Source: Tubiluchus corallicola (taxonomy: Eukaryota; Animalia; Priapulida). From it: a DNA stretch of 64,000 nucleotides. The stretch spans positions 372,001 to 436,000 of the forward strand of contig JAQGDQ010000067.1 in the NCBI GenBank assembly GCA_030141605.1, given 5' to 3'. The notes below the pieces were generated by a model. That model searched no databases and was not told where the DNA came from. It worked only from the letters and a program-made list of their open reading frames with translations. Within the stretch, counting starts at the first letter, position 1; the number at the start of each line of letters is the position of its first letter. The position numbers and the translations under genes are program-made. Of this stretch, positions 27,201-39,200 are shown piece by piece.

Positions 27201-30200
27201 TTCACTGGGATTCCACACTGTCTAGAATACAGTCCTATATACAGATTTCTTAACTGGTCATTCTAATCTAATATAACCATTTTAGACACAGTGCAGCAAT
27301 CTACTGGAGCAACTTTATCAAACAGACTATTTACTGTTTCGTTTATTTTGACTTCCTTCTAAGCAGCTGTGATGTGTAGACATACATACTTTGCGTAAGC
27401 TTTCTCCAGCAGTGCACTCCAAAACTCATTGCGTGACTGAGAATGAATGAAAACGAGTTCACCATTGATTGTTGGAAGTTGATCATCAACAACTACATCA
27501 ATCCACTCTCCCATCCTCCAGAAACGGAAGTGAAATATTCCGGCATATTTTTCTGGATGTTCATCATCCCACTCTTGGTCCTTTTCGTCTGGGATTACCT
27601 ACATTAGTAACTAGAATTATAACCCTTTAACTGCATAACTACACAAATCATCTAAATTGTGTGTTTTTTTCCAGAACTTTTAACAGTCCCAAATTAAATT
27701 ATTTACTTTCAGTTAGCCTAAAAAACACATCTTCTTTATAAATTTTCAAACTTTTCAAGCTTTTTTTTACTGATTGATAGCCTGCTACAGTATATTATTC
27801 CCAAATAGTAAAAGTTCAACTTCTGCATTTAACTTATAATAGTTTAATTATAACTGAAAGCCTATTTGCTCTTTAGCAATTTGGTAAAATATGTTCGTGT
27901 TTTTAGCATAGATGACCGGTAATAAATGCACAGAAGAAAAAAGTCACAATTAATTTATGGCGGCCAGAAAAAAGTCACAGTCACAATTTATTTAGGTACC
28001 ACAAACAATTAATTTTATAAAACAGAAGATTTATTACAGGAACATAAACATTTATGGTTAAAAACGACACAACTTTATTAAAGCTTTTGCTTTAAAAGAT
28101 TTGACAAATTTAAAATGAAGACAGATGCTTTAAAAAAGACCACCAATGATCTTACTAAAAAATTAAACGAGCTAGACAGAAAGCAGGATGATTTAGACCA
28201 GTATGGGCGACGGGTCACCCTCATTATTTCCGGTATACCCCAAGCTAGTGATTATGAAAATACTGACGAAATTGTTTGTCAAGTAGGTCAAGCCCTCAAG
28301 GTGAACATCTGTAAAGGCGACATCTCGATCTCCCATCGATTGCCATGAAAAGAAAGTGCTACAAGACCACCTTAGATTATTGTGAAATTTATAAAACGGA
28401 AAGTAAGAGACTGTTTGTGGCAAAACAAACCCAAGAGAAATGGATCTCTTAAGGCTAGTGATTTAGGGTATGTTTCACATAATCTTGTGTACATTAGTGA
28501 AAGTTTAACTAATCGTAGACGTGTATTACTTAACAAATGTCTCGAACTCAAAAGAAACAAAGTAATCTTGTATGTTTGGACTAAAAATGGCCAGATTTTC
28601 ATCAGGAAAACTGAATCATCTGAACCCTTCCCTGTAAACAATTTTGATGATGTAGATAAATTAAAACACTAATCACTTCTTCACTCGTTTCAATCAATAT
28701 CCCATTGTAATGGTTAGCTTTAATTGTACTAAGTGTAATAAAACTTGTAAAGCAAATCAAAACTCAATTCAATGTGATGTGTGTTCCCTCTGGACACATC
28801 TAAAGTGTACAATGTTGTCTCATCATGATTTGTAAATTTAGCAAGTTCTAATGGCAGTTACTTCTGCCAGCAATGCATTAACGATGTGCTTCCTTTGCAG
28901 TTCATTGATGATGATGAATTTATGGAAATGACTAATCACTATCAATTTTCTAATTTTGTAAAACATTTATCTTGCTTTTCATCAATTTATGACTCTTCTT
29001 CGCTAGTCCACTGTAATAGAGATGATACAGACATCGACAATTATAGACTTCAGTATGACAGCAAATACATTAATCTCGCAAATCTGAGTAGTGATAAATC
29101 CACAGATAAAGCAAACAATGACACATTTATAATACACTTTAACACATCAAGTTTGTGGAAATACTATTCAGACATGACTGATACATTAACACAATTTCAA
29201 AAAATGCCTGAGTTAATAGCGATCTCGGAAACCAGAATTCACGAATCTGACACTTTTTTATGTAACATTCCAGGATATTCTTTCTTACACTATGATTCCA
29301 ATACAGCTGCTGGTGGCGTAGGTGTGTATGTAAAATCTAGCCTCAATTTTAAAATTAAACCTGAATACAAAATAAGAACTTGTAAAAATGTTATTCTTAA
29401 TGGGATTAGTACAACTAGTAGACTAGCACTCGAGGACCTGTGGCTTGAAATTGCTTCCACCGATAACAAAAAATCTTTTATATTTGGAGTAATATATAGG
29501 CATCCAAACACCCCAGTCGAACATTTTCATGATGAATTAGAATCAGTTCTTTGCACCATCAACTCCACAGGCAAACCAGCTTATATATGTGGAGACATTA
29601 ATATAGATTTATATCAACATGATAACAAACCATTTATTAATAAGTATCTCAACATGCTCTTCTCAAATCAATTTACACCAATTATCACGCGACCAAGTAG
29701 AATTACTGCAACGTGACACACCCTAATTGATCATATTTATACTAATAATCTTTCTACACCCATCACATCTGGCATCATTACTAACCCCATTGCGGACCAC
29801 TTGCCAATATTTGCCATTATAAGAAATACTAATCTCCTGCACAACAACATTAAAAAATCAGTCAGATGTACGAGATCATTCAATCAAGGTAACTTTTTAA
29901 GTGAACTTCAAGTTAATATAAGTAACCTAACACTGAATGATGGCAAAGCAGACATACACTCTTACTGCTCACAATTCATGGACTCATTTAAAACATTACT
30001 TGACAAACATGCCCCACTCAAAACGTTATCAAGGAAAAACTCAACTATAGCTAAACCATGGATCACTCCCGGCATTCTCAAATCTATTAAAACAAGAAGC
30101 CGTATGTATACAACACACAAGTTATCCAACTCGCTGTATAAGCAAAATTTATATAAAACATATTCTAACAAACTTAATCACATCAAACATGCATCCAAAA

Positions 30201-33200
30201 AGAAGTATTACTCCCAGATCTTGCTTGCAAATAAAAATAACATGAAACAAACTTGGAGCACTATCAATGAACTTCTCAAAATTAAAAAAAAGACAGCTAG
30301 TATAATGCCAACTAAAGTTCGTTACCAAGGCACAACTTCATGTGACCCGCACCATAAAGCTAATGCTTTTAACAGTTTTTTGCAAACATTGGTATATCAC
30401 TGGCATCACGCATAACACAACCCGAAAACTGTAAGTATACAGACTATTTAATGCATCCCCAAGAAATCGAGATTTCCCAAGCTATTGATAGACTAGATCC
30501 CAACAAAGCAAAAGGACCTTATGACATCCGAATTACATATTTCAAAATGTCAAAAAACATAATTTTAACTCCACTTACAAATCTGTTTAATGCGTCAATT
30601 CTGACTGGGACATTCCCTGACACTTTAAAACTGGCATAAGTAATCCCCATATATAAAAAAGATGATCCAAATGAGCTGAACAACTACCGACCTATCTCAC
30701 TCATATCACCCATTGCCAAAATTTTTTAGTCAATCTTATATAAACGCCTGATGACATATCTAATCAAAAATGATACAATATCGTGTTTTCAATTCGGTTT
30801 CCGCAAAAATCATTCCACAATATTAGCAATTGCTGAAATCACAGACAATCTTCTGACAAACCTAGACAATAAATTGCTTACCTGCAGCATCTTTCTTGAT
30901 TTAACAAAAGCTTTTGACACCGTTCAACACGACATTTTACTCAACAAAATGGACTATTATGGTATCCGTGGAATCGCGCAAAAACTATTCCAGTCATATT
31001 TTACGAACAGACACCAATTTACGGTAGTTGACAATTTTGCCTCCGACCTATGCCCAATACAATGTGGTGTACCTCAAGGATCCACCTTGGGTCCACTTCT
31101 TTTCCTGATATATATAAATGACCTTCCTCTTTGTACTAACATGCAAACACGACTTTTTGCTGATGACACTAACCTCTTCTTAGCAGACAACGATACGCAT
31201 AATCTTGAGCTTAGAAGTAATGAAGAATTGATCAAAATTAACACATGGATGCGTACAAATAAGTTAACAGTAAACTATAATAAAACAAAATTTATGATCA
31301 TAAGAAATAAATTTGAAAACAATGAAAACTCCATTATAACAGTATCCATGCAAGACTGTTTATTAGAACAAGTATCAGACATAAAATATCTGGGCGTCTA
31401 CATAGATGACACCCTTAATTGGTCAACACACATAAAAAATATTACCTACAAAGTAAGCAAAGTTACAGGTATATTTTTTAAATTGAGGCATTACTTGAGC
31501 ACGGATATACTAAAAATGATTTACTTTGCCATTGTGTACCCTCACATTAACTATTGTAACTATTGTATGCTACCCCTTCCTATGATGCTTTGCAATTATT
31601 AAAAATTAATGAAATTTATAAGCTTGAGTTAGCGAAATTCATGTTCAACTATAAAAAGGGCATTCTACCTAAATTATACGGCAATTATTTCAAAAAGATT
31701 AGTGACGTTCACCAGTAACCCTCACATTAACTATTGTATCTTATCGTGGGGCACAGCAAAAAAAAATCTGTTCTGAAACCACTTACAGCAGCACATAACA
31801 AAATTATCAAAACAATGACTTTTGCTGGGTTCCGAGATCATGCTACCCCTTCCCATTATGCTTTGCAATTATTAAAAATTAATGAAATTTATAAGCTTGA
31901 GTTAGCGAAATTCATGTTCAACTATAAAAAGGGCATTCTACCTAAATTATACGGCAATTATTTCAAAAAAATTAGTGACGTTCACCAGTATTCTACGAGA
32001 GCAGCTACCAAACAAAACTATTTTCAGGAAAGATTTAACACAACAAAAGGTCTACAAACTTTAAAACATAATGGTACAATTCTATGGAATACTCTTTCAG
32101 ATGATCTTAAGCAATCAACTAGTATCTGTCACTTAAGTAAATTATATAAATGTCAACTCTTGCAAACTTATTACTGAGATAATTACATATAAGCGTACAG
32201 TATTTTGCAACAACTTTTATTCCTTTTGCCCTCTAATAAATTGTCTAACTGCATGCAAGAGCAGTTACTGTTATAGCAGGTTCAATTAACTTCAATATTT
32301 AATTGTTTATTGTCTAACTTCTGTAGATCATTTTCAAAGTCTGGACTCCAATTGTCAATCTCCTCATGCAGTCATACAGGTAATTTTTTGTGCTTTAACT
32401 ATCTGCCTATTTATTTTACATCAGATCATCAAAAATCGCTCTGTATTTTTTTTACATTATGCTTGTGTTATAAAGTAAATTTCAGTTGCCATTGTTATTA
32501 TGTTTCTGTTGTCAGATTTTTATTTCAGTTCTTGTTTCCGTTCTTATTTCAGTTTGATTTCTTTTATTATTATTATTATGCACTTATTATTACTGTGTAT
32601 GAATTGTACTAACACGTTATAAGCATATCAATTTAATGTCATTCGTAACAATTTAGTTTTTATTATAAGCAGTACTAACACTAATACACTGTAGCATAGC
32701 GCCTATAAAAAATGTTCATCACTAACCAAAGGGCAGCTGACTAGATGACCATTTGGTCTTTCGCTGCCCTTTCTTCACATTTTTGTTGCCAAATTAATTG
32801 TATTATAACTGTGTGTGTGTTAAAAGATAAATAAAAGATTATTATTATTATTAAAAAGTTAAAATCATGCCAACCGTTTCAACAGACTACTGCTGTCATC
32901 ATCAGTGGTAAATTTACAAACATACAACCAGTTTATATAGGCAGAGCCTATTATGCACTAATTTAGTTAACAGAAGCTAAGTCAGCATTTGGCATAATTT
33001 TAACTTTTTAATGTAAAAGTTTTAATAAAGTTGTGTAGTTTTAACTATAAAAGAGAAGATATTTTAAATCAGTTAACTGGCAACACATGACTTGCACATA
33101 TAGACAACACTATTTATATATGATGGCATTGCATGTATGCGAAAAAAATCATGTTTTGTTCAATATCTTAGAGTTAGGGTTAGGTTATGGGTTAGGGTTA

Positions 33201-36200
33201 TTTCCTTTTTTCTGTGACTTTTTCTAAGACCTTTTTACCTGTGAGTATTTTACATGTAACTCCTTACCTGGATATGCCCAACAACACCGTAAATAAGGAT
33301 AAACACGTAGAAATGGATTAATTAGCATTAATACTTTATATCTTAATTTTACAAACAACAACTTAACAGGTACAGAAACTCTCAACATCTTCTCGAGCAC
33401 TACATTATCAAAAAGAAGACCGTATTAAAATAGCGCGGGATATTGTTACATCCCTCCTCTTTTAGTTTACGCTATACATTACAAATTAAAAAGCAGAACA
33501 ATTAAACTTGAACTTTTGAAATTGCAATGAACTTGGAAAATCTAAATATGACAAAGATCAAATTACTGTAAGCACATACTGTGCACTAATTACCATGAAC
33601 TATTGGTACCAACTTAAATTAGACTTCTTCACATTCATGTTTACATTGATTAACTTTTCAAGTGATGTGTCCATATAATGACTTAAAGTTGAATAGGTAG
33701 ATTTTGCTGCTCTCTTACTTCAACTCATCTAACACGAATTTTAACTTTGTCAAAATAGAGTATTATTCTTATTGGTAAACTTCACCAATTTAAAACTTCA
33801 GCTGTAGATACAGAATGGCAACATCAATTAAACTCAAAACTTTATATCTGTAAAGTATCTGCCAAATACAAACTAAAGTAAAACAGTGTTGTACATGATT
33901 GGCAATTATACACAAAGATTGCTATCAACTTTTAAAATCAACGTATAAAATTCAAATCATGTAATTAGAGATGTATAGAACTGTAACAACCCAAAGGCAC
34001 CCGCCCAATCTTCTCTGTCGCACGCAAAGGGTCGCGGGTTCGCGTCCCGCCGAGGTAAATTTTTTTCGCGCGGATTCGAGCCGAAACTGGTGGAACTTAA
34101 TGCTCGGGCCTTCCTTCGTCGCGTACGCGCGTTGAAAAAAAAATCGCGCCACATTTGTGCGAGGTGAAAAAGTTTTGCCGCAGCGGTGTGCGAACCTGGG
34201 GCCCCTCGTCACAGCACGGGCGTGTCAGCAGACGAAGATAATTTATTGAGGATAAGCAATAGTATAACTTTTCGTACGATTAGTAGATGCATTGAATAGC
34301 TGTTTATGTGGTAATTCTCACAGTAATTCATTTTTCACAGTTTGTGCTTTACAACTCATTCAACGTAATGTAATGTTTTAATTCAGTTGTAATTGTTTGA
34401 ATGCATAATTGAACGTGTATAAACTACTTTTCACAAGTTTCTGGTGTTATTTCGCACTTTATATACTGTGTATTATTTATTTATTCAGCAAAATCAATTG
34501 CAATATAGACAAGAAAACAACATTGTAAGGTTATAAGGTTTTATTTTTAAGGTTTTAAACATTTTTATAACTATACTACTGATTTTATTTTCCATTTTAT
34601 TTTATTATTCTATTTTATTATCTGATAGAACAAGATAGACAGGAAAACCACAAATTACAGAAACATTACAGTCAAAATCAGTTTCTGGTGCTATTTCGCA
34701 CTTTATATACTGTGTATAATTTATTTATTCAGCAAAATCTATACTACTGATTTTATTTTTATTTTCCATTTTATTATTATTTTATTTTATTACTCTATTT
34801 TACTATTCTATTTTATTATCTGATAGAACAAGATAGACAGGAAAACCACAAATTACAGAAACATTACAGTCAAAATACAGTGCAGAAAAAAATACAGATG
34901 ATATACAGGTTTAAGCAAAAAAACTGCACTTCTTGTTAGAATCACAATCACAATATAATATATATCACAAACATTACAGTCAAAATTACATGTTGAAAAG
35001 AATACAGTGCAGAAAAAAATACATGTTTAAGCAAAAAAAACTGCACTAACCATATAATTTAAAGAACACAGTGCAGAAAAAAATACAGATATACAAGTCA
35101 TACAGTTCACAGCATGGCAGAAAAAAAATAAAAACTGCATGGATGGGAAGGGAATGAAAATGAGCTATAGTTAGTAGTGTTGGTAGTTGGTTTGGTAGGG
35201 GCAGAAAAAAATATTAAAAAAAAAACCAAAAAACTGCACAGCAAAAAATAATACAAAATATAAAACAATACAATACAAATACAATACAATGTTTACAACT
35301 GAACTAGCTAGCTAATATATAAATATTATATATAAATTATTTACAAGTATACATAGTATACAGGTGTACTCTTCATGTATGCTCCACAACCTCAAACGTG
35401 CGGCCTTCGTGCTGTAAATTCCATGCGGTAAGGGTTTTGACACCTAAACGATTAGTTCTTTCTCCAGTGGAGACACACACAAAAAATACACAACGTGTGC
35501 CCCAGCAACCTCAAACGTGCGGCCTTTGTGCTGTAAATTCCATACGGTACAGGTTTTTACACCAAAACGATTAGTTCTTTCATCAGCTGGGACACACAAA
35601 ACACATGTAGCCAACAGTTGGCTATAGAGGCAAGCTCTAAAGTGCAGGTCACTCTCCTTCGTCCTTGTCTTTCTGCTTCTCCTCCTCTTTTGCTTTCTTC
35701 TTTGCAGATATTCGGACAAGGACGTCTTCCAACCATTGCTCGTATGGGATACCTTCATTTGGGCAAAAAAGGTATCCACGCTGACACCGATGGCCTGTGT
35801 CAGCAGTCCGTTCCAAGCCACATTTCTTGCAACAGTTGAAAGCCTTCAGACGCTTGTACTTCGGAGCTTGCCCCTCTTCTAGCATGCGACGATGGCGGTA
35901 TGCAGTTGAGCGAGGCGCACTTGGTGGTTTTGGTGGTTTGTCACCATCATCAGGACCATCATCAGGCAACTTCCGCTTTCTTACAGATGCCTCACCAGCT
36001 GTATTCGGAGGTAGAACGTAGGTGTACCTTTCCCGGTATTCTACAACTGGAGGTGCATCGGGAAGTTGATGCGCCGGTGGAAGTGGATGCGGTTATGTTA
36101 ATGGCTGTGATGGCAGGTCCATACCCTGTACAAGTGTGTCCTGCTCTTTCGCTCTCATTTTCTTGTTGAGCCTGCAAGGACAATATACAGTGTTACAATA

Positions 36201-39200
36201 ATATAGTGTATACAAATGCAGTGTAAGTCACAGTTTTTAAACAGTGAAATTGTCAATAATAAATCTGTAAACTTCCCAGTCAATCAGCGTTTTCTGATTG
36301 ATGTAAAACAGCTGCAGCGTGGTGTGGGCTTGCACCTTTGGATTCGACGACAGCAGTTCCTGGATTTGGCCATAATCCTCTAGAATGAGCCTCCATCTGG
36401 TAATCATCTTACGTGGACTGGACGACTTTGGAGTTTTTGGAGACTTCAGTGGGTGTGGATGGATAACGCACAGCTTCAGGCAGATGGCTTCAACTAGCCT
36501 GCTTGCACTTGGGCACTGAGCTGGCCACACATTGCCTCCAACAAAGCACCTAGAGAATAAAAAACACAAATATTCAATCAAATGAAATAATTGACACGAA
36601 AAAATACAAGAGAAAAAATACAAGAAATAAAAATAAAATAAAATGTTAAACAAAATATACCTTTTAACACTCTCCTGTCCAGGTACAACTTGAGATTTGG
36701 ATCGTGCAAAGCGGCCCTTCGTCAGCTGGGGCTTATGCCGTGGTGGATAATCGATCCGCCTCTTGTCCACATCATGGAGGTCGTTCCACAGTGTAATAAT
36801 GGTTGTCACCTGGGAGTTTGAGAGTGCAGCTGAACCTTTTATCGCAACGAGGTAGTTTGCAAGGTTCTGAACTCGATCATACCCTTCCATTCCTGATGGT
36901 CCCATGAAAACTTCTGGTTGTTGAGTTGAAGTCGAAGGTATGGCTTCACCTAGTTGCACTTCTTGCACTTTCTCTGGCTGCACTTGCACTCTTTCTCCTT
37001 CACCGAAGAACTCATCAAGCTCATCTTTAATCGATGCTAGTATTTGATCTTCAGCTTCGATGTCCTCCGCAGGTTCCAGTACTGCCTCGTCTTCTTCGTC
37101 AACTTCATCTTCTTCTTCATCCTTCACATCAGGGTAAGGTGGCTTCAAGACTTTACCGGTTTGCGAGAAGAGGTATTCTACGCCTATCAGCTCACCTATA
37201 AAAATATATAAATAAAAATCAGACAAAAATAAAAAATTTTTATCAGGCATAATAATGTTAAACTGAATATTTTCCACAAATTAAAGTAATGCAATATTAC
37301 AAACCTGTGTATTTTCCTGGTGCTTGATATGAAGAATCATAATCGCATCCAAAAACCTTCCTGTTCAGTTCATTCACTGTCTGCTTCAACTCACCGCTGA
37401 AAGTCCGTTGAGAAATTTTCGTGGTGGTACTAACTGAAGCAGCAGCCCTATCCTCGTTCCATCTCACAATACCCTCCAACGGGTAGGCTTGGAAATGCGT
37501 TTGATTTGCACTTGTTCCTGAAATTGCAATATATAGAAATTAATACTAAATACCAAAAAGAAGAAGTTTTTGTTAACTGAGCCGTTTTGTTAACTAACAG
37601 TCTTTTGTGCAAAGACGCTAATGACACTCAACGAGCTCCTTTGTTAACTGTTCCTGCCTGCCTCCTGAATAGATTACATGCAAAAAAATTAACTGCAACC
37701 TGACTTTCAGGTAAACACATCTGGACAGGCACGTATTAACAGTCAGAATAATTTAACTTTATGATAAAACTTTAATGATAAAAATATTATTGGGCTACTG
37801 TACCGAAACGCTCATACTGTTCGCATTTATGGCGCGCTGGCCCGCTATTGCGTGTCAAAAAATCGGAAATAAATTTGCTTACCGTTTGCTGTCGAGTTCT
37901 CATGTTTCTCTCTCGAAAGAATGGTAAAAATTTCACACAAAGTGTAAATAATTTGTCGCAAACGCATTTCAAATGTGGCGGTGTGGCGAATCTACAGCGC
38001 GTGCGTGAAATTTGCGTCAGCGCCATCTATTAGAAGAAATTCAAACGAATTCCCATTTTGTCTCAATTTGTCTCAATTGTCTCAATTTCACATTGAAAAT
38101 TGGTGTCCGGGAGGCGCAAAACCGAAACTTGCACTGCTGTTTACTATTCAGAAAAGTCAAGTAATTGTTAAATATAGCTTTAGTATGTGGCATTTCTTTC
38201 TCACAGTCATTTATCATTTAGTTATATAGTCTTTTAGATAAGATGGACTTTTAATAATTCTACAAGATCTTTGAACTGGATCACTATGTACTGTGGATTT
38301 ATTCAGAGTATCACTGTAGAAATTTGATTGAATGTAGATTTCAGCTTCGAGACTGAAAGCATATGAACTTTTTGAGATTTAACTGGTTTGTTTGTGTGAG
38401 AAGGTTTCTCGGAAGAGAGTCTTAGGTCACAACAATTTCTGTGATAAAAAGTTCCATCAGACTCTGCTTGATAAGATCGTTGGTCAATTTGGTCAGTCAC
38501 ATATGCTTTTTTCCATTTATCATTTCCAGGTACTAAAGGTCTCATTCGTACCACCTGACCTTTTTCAAAGGGTTGAAGGTCCTTGCTATGTTCATCATAG
38601 TACCACTTGCTTCTCAAGTTTCTAAGTCTTTTGTTTTGTCGCACTTAATCGCTGTCAATACCCTGAGGTTCAAGAAGACTTGACTTCGTAGGAAGCAATG
38701 TACGAGCTCGTCGTACAAGCATTCTCTGAGCAGGACTGAGCCCAGTATCTTGAGTATTACTATATTCTGTAACTGCTACATATGGATCTCTTCCACTCTC
38801 AACAGCTTTGCGTATTAAATTCATTGCAGTCTTAACAGCAGACTCTGCCATTCCATTACTTTGTCCTAACCTGGAGAGCTTGTTATGTGTTGAAAGTCCC
38901 ATTCTTCTGCAAAACTGGCAAATTGCTGACATGAAAATTGTGGTCCATTGTCCAAAAATACCACACTTGGCGAACCCCACCTTGCAAAATGGTTTTTTAA
39001 CTTCTTTATGACTGATTCTGCCTTCATGTTATATAGGTGGTAAATTTCGCAGAAGTTACTATAATAGCACACAGTAACCATGTAATTGTGACCTTTCAAC
39101 TCAAATAAATCAACGCCAATTTTCTGCCATGGTCTATCTGCAATCTCATGCTGGACGAGTGTTTCCTTCTGTTGTTTACTCGAATACCTACTGCATGTCT

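Larger units (their letters stand above)
27910..33260. mobile_element. Split non-autonomous element with inverted subterminal motifs and ttaggg-like repeats (outer shell of a nest)
   Basis: aaaaaagtcaca repeats at 27936-27985 are mirrored by tgtgactttt motifs at 33210-33255; ttagggttaggtt..gggttagggtta at 33174-33200. Confidence 0.45.
33930..38147. mobile_element. ~4.2-kb insertion in the Gypsy 3' region carrying a spliced transposon-like gene fragment; termini unresolved
   Basis: CpG-rich ends (33990-34235, 37790-38130) contrast with the AT-rich Gypsy 3' region; contains internal tandem duplications and the pseudogene below. Confidence 0.6.

Noticed and set aside
33174-33200. TTAGGG-like repeats as an interstitial telomere
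   Set aside because: Only a few degenerate units, embedded in the end of a dispersed repeat.
36237-37277. 346-aa ORF as an intact single-exon gene
   Set aside because: It reads through AT-rich introns (F/Y/I-rich stretches); the real structure is spliced and disabled.
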